Below, piece after piece: positions 1-7,832 of a stretch of DNA of 39,068 nt. Both the position numbers and the translations under genes were made by a program. The DNA is taken from positions 1 through 39,068 of the IMG/VR virus record IMGVR_UViG_3300032216_001007, one strand, 5' to 3'. The notes beneath the pieces are model-generated. The model was given only the letters and a program-made list of their open reading frames with translations. It was not told where the DNA came from and did no database searches. The stretch's first letter is position 1. Each line of letters starts with the position of its first letter. This DNA comes from a virus. Its lineage: Duplodnaviria > Caudoviricetes.

Positions 1-457
1 CATTGCGATCCACTACCCAGGCCTTGCCCTCTACTGCGCCCGCAGCAGGATCTTTGGCGGCAGTGGCCTGATCCAGTTTGGCTTTCTTTAGCTGCAAATC
101 AATCATTTTCAGCTTCTTGTCAATTTTAGCAGTCTTGGCAGTGATGGCATGTCCCAGCAATACCCCAGCTGTTTGTAAGATTGTGCCACTGAATCTGGCT
201 TCTACATTCATACCCAGATCCATTAAGTCTTCAAATCTTGCCTGTGCCAGCTTGGCTAATTCATCTAGCTCATAGTCGGCTGTGTCTAGATCACGTACAC
301 TAGGCAATGCAGCATCAATCTTGTCTATGTCAAGGTTTACTTGCTCCAGTATTTCTTTGTTTTTTTCAATTTCTTCTTGACTGGCAATGGGATCTGCATC
401 CTCCTCCACGCCAGCCGAGTCAGGTAAATTAAACAAAGATTCTAATTTTTTAGTCAT
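1..457 (-). CDS. Partial CDS running off the left edge; possible terminase small subunit (T4 gp16-like)
   Basis: Not in the ORF track. Manual translation from ATG at 457: MTKKLESLFNLPDSAGVEEDADPIASQEEIEKNKEILEQVNLDIDKIDAALPSVRDLDTADYELDELAKLAQARFEDLMDLGMNVEARFSGTILQTAGVLLGHAITAKTAKIDKKLKMIDLQLKKAKLDQ...VVDRN, open to position 2, with TAAATA upstream. The CDS is well supported; the product is inferred only from size, helical character and context. Confidence 0.5.
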   Translation of the reverse strand, partial: MTKKLESLFNLPDSAGVEEDADPIASQEEIEKNKEILEQVNLDIDKIDAALPSVRDLDTADYELDELAKLAQARFEDLMDLGMNVEARFSGTILQTAGVLLGHAITAKTAKIDKKLKMIDLQLKKAKLDQATAAKDPAAGAVEGKAWVVDRN

Positions 458-461
458 ATGG

Positions 462-467
462 TATTTA
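462..467 (-). promoter_or_regulatory. T4-like late promoter motif TAAATA, 4 nt before ATG
   Basis: Minus strand GGC-TAAATA-CCAT-ATG; no SD in between. Confidence 0.6.
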
Positions 468-496
468 GCCAGTCTGGGCTAGATGGCTACACAAGA

Positions 497-934
497 TTAC
501 CTGGTGGATTTTACCCCGGCAAATATATCTTCTTCGGTGACTACTCGAAACTTAATTCCCTGCTGTGCGCACCAGGCTCGGGCTGCCTGCCACTTGGCCA
601 TGTTTAGTATCACAAAGGCACGGTCCCTGGGGCTGCGAGCGCTTTCCATTGTGGTTTCTTTTCTGGGCTTGACTTCGATTACTTCGGCAAATTTGGCATC
701 ATTTTTGTCCACATACACTATCATAAAGTCGGGAACATATATGGTGTTCTTGCCAGTCAAGGGATTGCGGTAAGGTATCATGAATGGCTCGCTGGCCCAT
801 TGTAGTACGGCAGGATTGTTATCACAAAAGGTCATGAATGTCATTTCCCAACTGCTGCGATATGTGGGCTGCTTTTTACCTACATATTTTCCAGGATTGC
901 GTACCTGAAATTTGCCCTGCGCATACTTTGACAT
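497..934 (-). CDS. Head completion nuclease, T4 gp4-like (TnsA N-terminal PD-(D/E)xK fold)
   Basis: Motifs NPGKYVG, YRSSWE..FM.FCD.NP.VLQWASEP..IPY, YVPDF, IEVKP, KWQAARAWC...G.KFRVVTE match the gp4 family. Confidence 0.85.
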   Translation of the reverse strand: MSKYAQGKFQVRNPGKYVGKKQPTYRSSWEMTFMTFCDNNPAVLQWASEPFMIPYRNPLTGKNTIYVPDFMIVYVDKNDAKFAEVIEVKPRKETTMESARSPRDRAFVILNMAKWQAARAWCAQQGIKFRVVTEEDIFAGVKSTR

Positions 935-1302
935 TATGCTAGTAGAGTTCTTGACACATACTTGTTGGTCTGTGGCGCATTATTGATGCCAAGATAACTG
1001 GTGCCAATTCTATTGAGATTTAAAAACATGGTAAGGTAACTGTTTAATTCACCTTTACTCATCTTACTAAATTTTTGCAGTACGTCCATGGGATCGGTTC
1101 GTTGTGCTAGACTGGTTAAAATAACTGCACCGGCTAGTGCTTTTGCACTTTCTTTGGTGTCAGTTACCTGTTGGAAAAATCCAATGATGCTGTCATCAAC
1201 ATTTTGACTGACTGTTACTGCCGGTAAGTAATAGTTATTGAAAAATGTCTGTGTGTCTTGGAGACTGTCTAAGTCAACAGTGTCGATATTGTTGTTGGTC
1301 AT
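934..1302 (-). CDS. Hypothetical phage protein (122 aa)
   Basis: Clean ORF; 1-nt TAATG overlap with the downstream gene; lies in a structural operon. Confidence 0.75.
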   Translation of the reverse strand: MTNNNIDTVDLDSLQDTQTFFNNYYLPAVTVSQNVDDSIIGFFQQVTDTKESAKALAGAVILTSLAQRTDPMDVLQKFSKMSKGELNSYLTMFLNLNRIGTSYLGINNAPQTNKYVSRTLLA

Positions 1303-1304
1303 GT

Positions 1305-2681
1305 TTATACACTGCCTTGTTGTTGAGCCGGGTCACGTACATTGTTAACGCTGCCCACGGAATTAGTTGATGCAGCTTGTGCTCGCTGTGCAGGATCTAA
1401 GAATGTGTTCATAGTAGGTTGCGCAACCTCGGCACCACTTACTGCTGCCTGCTGAGCTCGCTGTGCAGGATCTAAGAAGCTGCTGGCCGATTGTGGGGCA
1501 CCATTGGTGTTAGCACTAGCATCAGTTACTTCTTGATTAGGTAATTGTTTAGATTTGAATAAGCTGGATGCTGCCAGTAGTCCAGCACCGCCGGCTATCA
1601 GTCCAGCTGCACCGCCGCCGCCGCCACCTAGTCCGCCAAATGCGCCGCCAATGTTGTTGGAGATTGCGCCCAAGCTGTTGCTCAATCCCGGTATACTAGG
1701 AACAAATATTGATGAGCTGGGGTTATTACCGCGCAATATACTGGTGCCAATACCCAACAATTCGGTAGTAGCAGCAGATTTCAAATTCATATTTTTTAAA
1801 TTGTTAAAACCACGTGCTGCCAAAAATGCAGCAGCACCATAGTTGCCTTCGGCTAGATTTTCTATTATATCATTGCCGGTTTCAAACAAGCCACCAGGAC
1901 CAAGTATGCTGCGGCCGCCGCCACCTGCAGGTGTAAGCGGGCTTGGACTGGTATCGTAGTGTAGTTGCACAAAACCTTTGACAGTATTCGAACTGACAGT
2001 CCCATAGCAATAGAGTACACTTTCATAGTCAATTACCATCTCATGAGACATCATGTCGCCCGGGCCAGCTGCATGCTCACCATGGCGGAAACTTTTGATA
2101 ACCGGATTGATCAGTATATACTCGCTGAATTTCTTTTGGTGTAGACTGTATATGCGTATGCTGTTTAAGTAAGGGACTCCATCAGTCTTTCTGGGAGTGT
2201 AGCCCCAAGCAGCAGTTGGCCTGATATCCTGATACTTGTGATCCATGTGATACAAGTCTTCAGTGTGATCGCTGTCTCTGTAGTAGTAGTTGTAATAATC
2301 AAACCAGAAGTTACGCACTAAATCAGCACTGTCATCATGGAATCCAAAAGTGAGACTATCGTAGTGTATTTTAGTCTGTACTATGTTGGGTCTGTTATAG
2401 GCATTGAAAGTTTTTGTATCTATGGTAAATTTGGGCAAGCTGGCATTTTTAACCAGCATGCCTAATTCGTAATTTTTATTAGGATTTTTTGGATCTGGGT
2501 TTGCTACGGGGTTAACATCAAAAAATACATGATACAAGAAGCCATACTTGGGCATTAACTTGTATTGGTCGTCAACAAACAATTTACTGGCGTGTTTGTA
2601 ATCCTTAAGATTGTCACCAGTAGCGACTTGTTTTAGTGTGCTACCAGCAAAGTTTACTATATCATCAAAAATACCAGCCAT
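1305..2681 (-). CDS. Tail-tube-fold baseplate/tube initiator protein (T4 gp19/gp48/gp54-like) with low-complexity C-terminus
   Basis: N-terminal PKYGFLYHVFF..LVKNASLPKFTI...YNR....KIHY.....FHDD pattern resembles tube-fold proteins; adjacent to the tube gene; AAGGA SD. Confidence 0.6.
   Translation of the reverse strand: MAGIFDDIVNFAGSTLKQVATGDNLKDYKHASKLFVDDQYKLMPKYGFLYHVFFDVNPVANPDPKNPNKNYELGMLVKNASLPKFTIDTKTFNAYNRPNIVQTKIHYDSLTFGFHDDSADLVRNFWFDYYNYYYRDSDHTEDLYHMDHKYQDIRPTAAWGYTPRKTDGVPYLNSIRIYSLHQKKFSEYILINPVIKSFRHGEHAAGPGDMMSHEMVIDYESVLYCYGTVSSNTVKGFVQLHYDTSPSPLTPAGGGGRSILGPGGLFETGNDIIENLAEGNYGAAAFLAARGFNNLKNMNLKSAATTELLGIGTSILRGNNPSSSIFVPSIPGLSNSLGAISNNIGGAFGGLGGGGGGAAGLIAGGAGLLAASSLFKSKQLPNQEVTDASANTNGAPQSASSFLDPAQRAQQAAVSGAEVAQPTMNTFLDPAQRAQAASTNSVGSVNNVRDPAQQQGSV
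1381..1478. repeat. Two exact 23-bp direct repeats (gctcgctgtgcaggatctaagaa), 75-bp period
   Basis: Copies at 1381-1403 and 1456-1478 encode FLDPAQRA twice; a degenerate third copy (VRDPAQQQ) is at the C-terminus. Confidence 0.9.
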
Positions 2682-2700
2682 ATGTAAAATCCTTATATAT

Positions 2701-2706
2701 TATTTA
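2701..2706 (-). promoter_or_regulatory. Late promoter motif TAAATA
   Basis: GGC-TAAATA-ATATAT-AAGGA-TTTTACAT-ATG upstream of 2681, right after the tube terminator. Confidence 0.6.
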
Positions 2707-2711
2707 GCCAC

Positions 2712-2738
2712 AAAAAAACCCAGCTAGGCTGGGTTTTT
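2712..2738 (-). terminator. Rho-independent terminator after the tail tube gene (possibly bidirectional)
   Basis: Minus strand AAAAACCCAGC-CTA-GCTGGG-TTTTTTT; perfect stem and U-tract 15 nt after the stop. Confidence 0.85.
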
Positions 2739-2753
2739 ATAGTAGTAAATTGA

Positions 2754-3371
2754 TTACATTGTTATGTTTTGACCGATAGTTCTGCCAATAAATGTACCAA
2801 TTCCAGTACCACCAGGGGTTTGTACTGCATTGTCAAACTTCATGGTCATTGTGATTTGTACTGGCTCATTGTTGGCGTAGTTGGTTTCACCATAGGCAAC
2901 TGACTGTAGATAGCAGCCATACAATTCCCAAGTTTCCAACACACCAGGTTCGTTTGCACCATTACCACCATCTAGCATTTCTAAACGTGTGATAAACTTG
3001 TAGTCAATGCCGCTGGCTGCGCTGCTTTGTTCCATGAAATCAAATTGTTTCTGTACTTGTTCACCAACTAACTTGGTAACATTACCTGGTGCATCATCAC
3101 GCAATACAACTGCTACTTCGCCCCAAGTTGGCTTGCCGGCCAACTTTACCATACTGTTATAAACGTGTACTTCGATGTCACCAAATGTCACTGTTGGGCG
3201 AGCAAATGATACGATTTGTTTTGTTAATTCTACCCGGTTACTACTTACACCAAAACCTTCAAATGAGGCCCTGAATCTAAATTGTAATTTAGGCATCAAT
3301 AGACCCTGGGCGCTAGCGCTCTGATCGCTTGCCAGTGGTACTGTAAATTTTGTTAATGATGCAACTGCCAT
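2754..3371 (-). CDS. Tail tube protein (T4 gp19-like)
   Basis: 205 aa; PKLQFRFR, RPTVTF, KLAGKPTW, ETWELYGCYL..V.YGE..Y..NEP.QITMTMKFDNA; directly downstream of the sheath; AGGAG SD. Confidence 0.85.
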   Translation of the reverse strand: MAVASLTKFTVPLASDQSASAQGLLMPKLQFRFRASFEGFGVSSNRVELTKQIVSFARPTVTFGDIEVHVYNSMVKLAGKPTWGEVAVVLRDDAPGNVTKLVGEQVQKQFDFMEQSSAASGIDYKFITRLEMLDGGNGANEPGVLETWELYGCYLQSVAYGETNYANNEPVQITMTMKFDNAVQTPGGTGIGTFIGRTIGQNITM

Positions 3372-3390
3372 TATGTTCTCCTGTTACTTT

Positions 3391-3396
3391 TATTTA
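3391..3396 (-). promoter_or_regulatory. Late promoter motif TAAATA for the tube gene
   Basis: GGA-TAAATA-AAAGTAAC-AGGAG-AACATA-ATG. Confidence 0.6.
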
Positions 3397-3411
3397 TCCA
3401 ATTCTTGGTGC

Positions 3412-3441
3412 GTAATCGTGGCCCCTAAAAGCCACGATCAC
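3412..3441 (-). other. Intergenic stem-loop between sheath and tube genes
   Basis: GTGATCGTGGC-TTTTAGGG-GCCACGATTAC; 11-bp stem with one G-U pair; no U-tract. Confidence 0.6.
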
Positions 3442-3453
3442 TCGCTTGTAGTA

Positions 3454-6400
3454 TTACGCTCCGCCACCTTTGATAGTGCCTGGATTCTTCAATCGGATTG
3501 GAATGTAGATAAACTCAACAGCTTTCATTGGTTCAATAGCAATATCAACGTAAAGTTCATTTCTAGCAATGCGATCGGGTGTGTTATTTGACCCGTCACA
3601 TACCACTAGGTAATCATATACACCGCGTTTAGCAACCAAATCGTTCAATGCACTAGAAACCACTGTTTTAATTTGGTCACGTGTGATTTTGTCATTTGGT
3701 TCAAACAAGAATTGATTAGCCAATGGTTGTAGTATTACACGCAAGTAGTTAACCAAACGTGCTACATTTACACGATCCAACGATGATGTGGTTGGGTTGC
3801 GTGTTTTTTGTCCATAAACTACAATACCACTTCCTTGCAGCAATGTGATAGGATTGATGTTGAGCTCATATAGTGCATCACGAGTTGAGTGACCGATTCC
3901 GGTTTTCTGGAATTCGCCGCTGCGACTGTCAATGTAACCAATTGCACTGGCGTTGTCTACTAGCCCACGACGTGTACCAGCTGGTGCAAACCACTGATAG
4001 CTTTGGTTATCACTACGGATATATGTGCGTAATGCAATGTGGCTAGGTGGTACGCAGATTTCGTGGCCGCCTAAGTCAGTAGTCAACGCACTTGGGTAGT
4101 ACAATGCCATATATGGATCGTGTGTTACCTGCTCGGTGTTAAACTTGGTGATCTCAGTGATAGTAGAAGGCAAGTTCATTGGCGTGTCGGCAATGATAAA
4201 TCCAGTATTGCTACGATCATTGTTCAATGCTACCAAATCTGTTGACAACTCTGGGTATCCAGGGCACAGCAACAGGTTAAAGTTGTAACCTTCTTCACGG
4301 ATGTCCAAGCTGGCAGCAACTGCTGCTTTCAGTGCTTCGACAACCAATGCACGTTGAGCATAGTGACCAGCATATGGAGATCCATCATCTTTAAGTCCGC
4401 TGGTGGTTACCCAGGTATCTTTGATGTTTGGCAATCCCACATTAGGATATGCTTGTTCGTTAAAGTAATTTTTCACATAACGCTTGACATTGTATCCACT
4501 GCGACGAGTATTAAACAACAGGGTACCACGTGGATATAATCTGTAGTCTGGTGCGTCTAGATCGATAGCATCACTGTACTGTAGATTGGCCACGTCAGGA
4601 TATGCCGCACCAATTGGATCTGCTAGGCCGTCGCCGTCCCAACGAGCATCTGCAAAAACGATTCCGTTTTGGCTCAATTGATCTGTTTTGTCAATCAACA
4701 CCCATTTGCCCAAGGCACTGTAGCGATACAGCATAGGATAGTTTTCTAAGTCACCGCTGTCTAACCATAGATCACCAGCCACCAATGGATTGTTATCGCT
4801 CTGTGCTATTGGTTGGCTAGCACTCACAATAACACCGCCCGCGCTAGTTTGTTGTAGGTTAAAGCCGCGAGTGTCGCGTGGCACATTTTTGTACCCTCTC
4901 CAACCTGTGCCATCACTGATCAAGATGTCAATTGCAGCAGGGTCGCTGTAATACCAAATAGTACCATCATCGGGAGCAGTATATGGCTGTGATGAGCTAA
5001 AGGTGTATGTTGCAATTTTCCAGTTGGTTAGCGTAGGATCATCCATGCCCAATCCAGGGACAAAATTCTGAATAACATGTGTATTAGAATTACTGTCAAA
5101 ACCAGCGTCCACAATTGGGTCAGTACCAACAGATGTGTTGTGCAAACTGATAATACCACCACCGGTATGGCTAATAGTGATAGAGCCACTGTTTTCTACT
5201 TTAGCTGTAACATGAGGTATGTTAGCAGCCAACACAGCAGAAACAAAAGCCACAGCATCAGTACCATTAATAGTGATTGCATATGTAGTAGGTGCTTGAT
5301 TACCTGCATCAGACACAATCATGTTGAATGTATTGCCGCTGGTAAATGTCATGCCACTTTGGCTACCTGTCACGTGCATTGCACCACCAGTAGCCAGGGT
5401 GTAGATAGTGAAACTGCCTAATCCACCCATCATGGTTTGCTCTGATGTATCATACTTGACAAACACGGATCCAGCTACGATGTTTTTACCACCGCCACTG
5501 CGATCTAAATTATACAGTGCAGAATAGCCATCGGCATAAACTGGTGCAGCCAATTTGACCCATTTGCCCAGTGTAGAGTTGTATTGTTTGAAAACAAAAT
5601 CAGTTCCGCTACCGTGAGCACTGGTCTTGATCCAAACGCTACCACTTGGGCGTGCCACTGTGTCAGCTGGATTCCATGCTGGCATCTGTGTGTAGGTTCC
5701 GTAGTAGAGTTCAGGGCAATAGTACATACCACCGGTAATACCCAATGCGGCCAAAGGACCGTTGTTACCGTCTTGTATGTTGATCGCACCATCCATGATT
5801 GCGTTGCTGGTGTTTGGATCAATTTGTGTTGGGTCACTTGCGCTGGTTCCGTCGACATAGAACACCAACTGTCCATTGACCGCTGCTGCAACAACACCAT
5901 CAACCATAGCATTAGACAATGTGTTATTAATTAGTGTAACCACAGAAGAAATATTGGTTGCACCTGTAAGGTCAACTAGTGTTTGATTTACACTAAAGTC
6001 AGCACCGGCTGTGAAATCACATGTGGTTGCTGTGCCAGATACTGCGGGCCATGAATATTGCCATTCGCTAGTACCAAGTTGTACCCACATATTTTCTTTA
6101 TTTTTGTAGAATATGTTATTGTTGGTATCAAACACCACTACAGCATAGCTACCAATTGTGCCAATACTGGATTTTGGAACCCATGTCATGGTAACTTGAT
6201 CTTGGTCAGCATCAGCTTGGCTAGTGATTTTTAGAGGATTCTCAAGAGTATAGTCATCTTTTACAGAATTATACTGGTAAATTCCCCATGCAGTATCTGC
6301 GATGTCAAACCAATTGGTTCCATCTGGAACTTCGCCTCTTGGACGTACAGTGGTACCAACCAATTGATCTAAGTCAATGTCGGCACGCATGGCCCATACA

Positions 6401-6714
6401 CGACCGGCTAGACCTAGTGCGCTATAAGCAGCCATCAATCCATATTCATTGCGCTCGTTGCCATGAATAGGAGTATTAGCAGATGTACGTTGGAATTCTG
6501 GTGCACCAAATGTGCCGACCAATTCGCGTTGGCTACTAATGCCATAGACTTTACCAGCATTGACTTTCAATGTACCGGGTGCTACTGCATTGTTGATTAT
6601 TTTATTTTCTGCGCTGGCAAACAATACAAAAGGTATTGTACCAACTGCTGTTGGAAGATATGCACTTTCATCGATAACTGATATACTAATGCCTGGTGAA
6701 ACTAAAGCTGCCAT
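3454..6714 (-). CDS. Contractile tail sheath protein (T4 gp18-like) with large internal insertion
   Basis: N-terminal LVSPGISISVIDES; C-terminal WFAPAGTRRG, RDALYELNINPI, VVYGQKT, LDRVNVARL, FLFEPND..TR, VCDGSNNTPDRIARNEL.VDIAIEP.KAVEFIYIP. Confidence 0.95.
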   Translation of the reverse strand: MAALVSPGISISVIDESAYLPTAVGTIPFVLFASAENKIINNAVAPGTLKVNAGKVYGISSQRELVGTFGAPEFQRTSANTPIHGNERNEYGLMAAYSALGLAGRVWAMRADIDLDQLVGTTVRPRGEVPDGTNWFDIADTAWGIYQYNSVKDDYTLENPLKITSQADADQDQVTMTWVPKSSIGTIGSYAVVVFDTNNNIFYKNKENMWVQLGTSEWQYSWPAVSGTATTCDFTAGADFSVNQTLVDLTGATNISSVVTLINNTLSNAMVDGVVAAAVNGQLVFYVDGTSASDPTQIDPNTSNAIMDGAINIQDGNNGPLAALGITGGMYYCPELYYGTYTQMPAWNPADTVARPSGSVWIKTSAHGSGTDFVFKQYNSTLGKWVKLAAPVYADGYSALYNLDRSGGGKNIVAGSVFVKYDTSEQTMMGGLGSFTIYTLATGGAMHVTGSQSGMTFTSGNTFNMIVSDAGNQAPTTYAITINGTDAVAFVSAVLAANIPHVTAKVENSGSITISHTGGGIISLHNTSVGTDPIVDAGFDSNSNTHVIQNFVPGLGMDDPTLTNWKIATYTFSSSQPYTAPDDGTIWYYSDPAAIDILISDGTGWRGYKNVPRDTRGFNLQQTSAGGVIVSASQPIAQSDNNPLVAGDLWLDSGDLENYPMLYRYSALGKWVLIDKTDQLSQNGIVFADARWDGDGLADPIGAAYPDVANLQYSDAIDLDAPDYRLYPRGTLLFNTRRSGYNVKRYVKNYFNEQAYPNVGLPNIKDTWVTTSGLKDDGSPYAGHYAQRALVVEALKAAVAASLDIREEGYNFNLLLCPGYPELSTDLVALNNDRSNTGFIIADTPMNLPSTITEITKFNTEQVTHDPYMALYYPSALTTDLGGHEICVPPSHIALRTYIRSDNQSYQWFAPAGTRRGLVDNASAIGYIDSRSGEFQKTGIGHSTRDALYELNINPITLLQGSGIVVYGQKTRNPTTSSLDRVNVARLVNYLRVILQPLANQFLFEPNDKITRDQIKTVVSSALNDLVAKRGVYDYLVVCDGSNNTPDRIARNELYVDIAIEPMKAVEFIYIPIRLKNPGTIKGGGA

Positions 6715-6743
6715 AGTGTTTTCCTTTAATAAGAACTTTGTAT

Positions 6744-6749
6744 TATTTA
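6744..6749 (-). promoter_or_regulatory. Late promoter motif TAAATA for the sheath gene
   Basis: AAA-TAAATA-ATACAAAG...AAAGGAAAACACT-ATG. Confidence 0.5.
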
Positions 6750-6799
6750 TTTTACAATCAACAAAAGGTGCCGTTATGCAGCCCTTAATTAAGGTATTG

Positions 6800-6807
6800 T
6801 ATAAATA
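6800..6807 (+). promoter_or_regulatory. Exact T4 late consensus TATAAATA, 5 nt before ATG 6813
   Basis: TATAAATA-TCAAT-ATG; no SD. Confidence 0.7.
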
Positions 6808-6812
6808 TCAAT

Positions 6813-7169
6813 ATGAGCACTAGAAAACTATGCCCTACCTGCAACTCAGCTAGGCCTGTGGCTGTTAATTGTCACGTAGGTGAGAAAATATACTACAGAA
6901 AGCAGTGCGATGTCTGCCTGCGTGAAAAGCGCAAGATCAAACCAGCAGCACCCAGCTGGTTTAAAAACGGATATAGAAAAAAACCCACATGTGAAAAATG
7001 TGGGTTTAAAGCCAAGTATCCCGAGAATCAATTACGAGTGTTTTACCTTGATGGAGACCTAAGAAATAGCAATTGGTCTAATCTAAAAACGGTATGTTTA
7101 AACTGTCAGCAAGAAGTACACAAACTCAAACTGCCATGGCGGGAATCGGTCCTAGTACCAGATTTTTAA
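6813..7169 (+). CDS. Zinc-finger / degenerate HNH-fold protein
   Basis: Four CxxC pairs (CPTC, CDVC, CEKC, CLNC); LRVFYLDGDLRNSNWSNLKTVCLNCQ follows the HNH pattern but lacks the His residues. Confidence 0.7.
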   Translation: MSTRKLCPTCNSARPVAVNCHVGEKIYYRKQCDVCLREKRKIKPAAPSWFKNGYRKKPTCEKCGFKAKYPENQLRVFYLDGDLRNSNWSNLKTVCLNCQQEVHKLKLPWRESVLVPDF

Positions 7170-7782
7170 TGTTTTCGTGCAGTTGATCTACAGTTCCATT
7201 ATTGTCAACTACGGCATCAAATTTAGATCCCACCCATGCTGTTTCACTGGCGTGTATTTTTAGCTTATTTAACTTGGATCTGCTCAGCGCCCAGGTCATG
7301 TTGCCATGTTCGCCTTGATTAAATGCCAGTGCAGCATCATACCACTCGGGCAAGGGTCCACGCTGCACCCATAAAATTTTACCACCTTGCGCTCTAATAG
7401 AAGCAATCTCATTTGGGAATCTGCAGTCACTAATAACAATGTTGTCTGTGGCAGTACGCAGTTTGTTTTCTAGCGATGCAATCCAGATATCATCATGGAA
7501 CCCGTGTCTACAAACTTCGGTGCCCCAGTATTGTAAGATCCAGCGTGGAGTAAGATTAGGCTTACCCAAGCGGTCTGCCCACCATGGATCTACTTGCTCA
7601 CGCCATTCACGTGCCTGCTTGGTGCGACCTTCAAGCATGGTTCTATCCCATCCAAATACTGCTGCTGCGGCATCTTTGAGTGTATTAGCAAAGCTCTCAC
7701 GACGGAATTCGTGAAAGTTAACCAAATAGTCTGCTGCTGTGTCTTTACCTGAACCGATAAATCCTACTAGTCCTACGATCAT
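7126..7782 (-). CDS. Deoxynucleoside monophosphate kinase (T4 gp1-like)
   Basis: P-loop GFIGSGKDT, SFANTLKD, TPRWILQYWGTEVCR, VISDCRFPNE, HASE, NNGT. Confidence 0.92.
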   Translation of the reverse strand: MIVGLVGFIGSGKDTAADYLVNFHEFRRESFANTLKDAAAAVFGWDRTMLEGRTKQAREWREQVDPWWADRLGKPNLTPRWILQYWGTEVCRHGFHDDIWIASLENKLRTATDNIVISDCRFPNEIASIRAQGGKILWVQRGPLPEWYDAALAFNQGEHGNMTWALSRSKLNKLKIHASETAWVGSKFDAVVDNNGTVDQLHENIKNLVLGPIPAMAV

Positions 7783-7802
7783 ATGTTTCTCCTGCTAGTA
7801 GC

Positions 7803-7831
7803 ATTATTACAAATTTATGTATGCTTGTCAA
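7803..7831 (-). promoter_or_regulatory. Sigma70-type (early) promoter for the dNMP kinase
   Basis: TTGACA-N17-AATAAT with a TG extended -10, followed by AGGAG and ATG. Confidence 0.75.
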
Positions 7832-7832
7832 C

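Noticed and set aside
466-489. Small hairpin TAGCCA...TGGCTA overlapping the late motif
   Set aside because: Short imperfect stem, no U-tract and no SD to occlude; could be chance
1381-1478. CRISPR-like repeat-spacer unit
   Set aside because: Only two copies, in frame within a CDS, with a period divisible by three; a coding repeat
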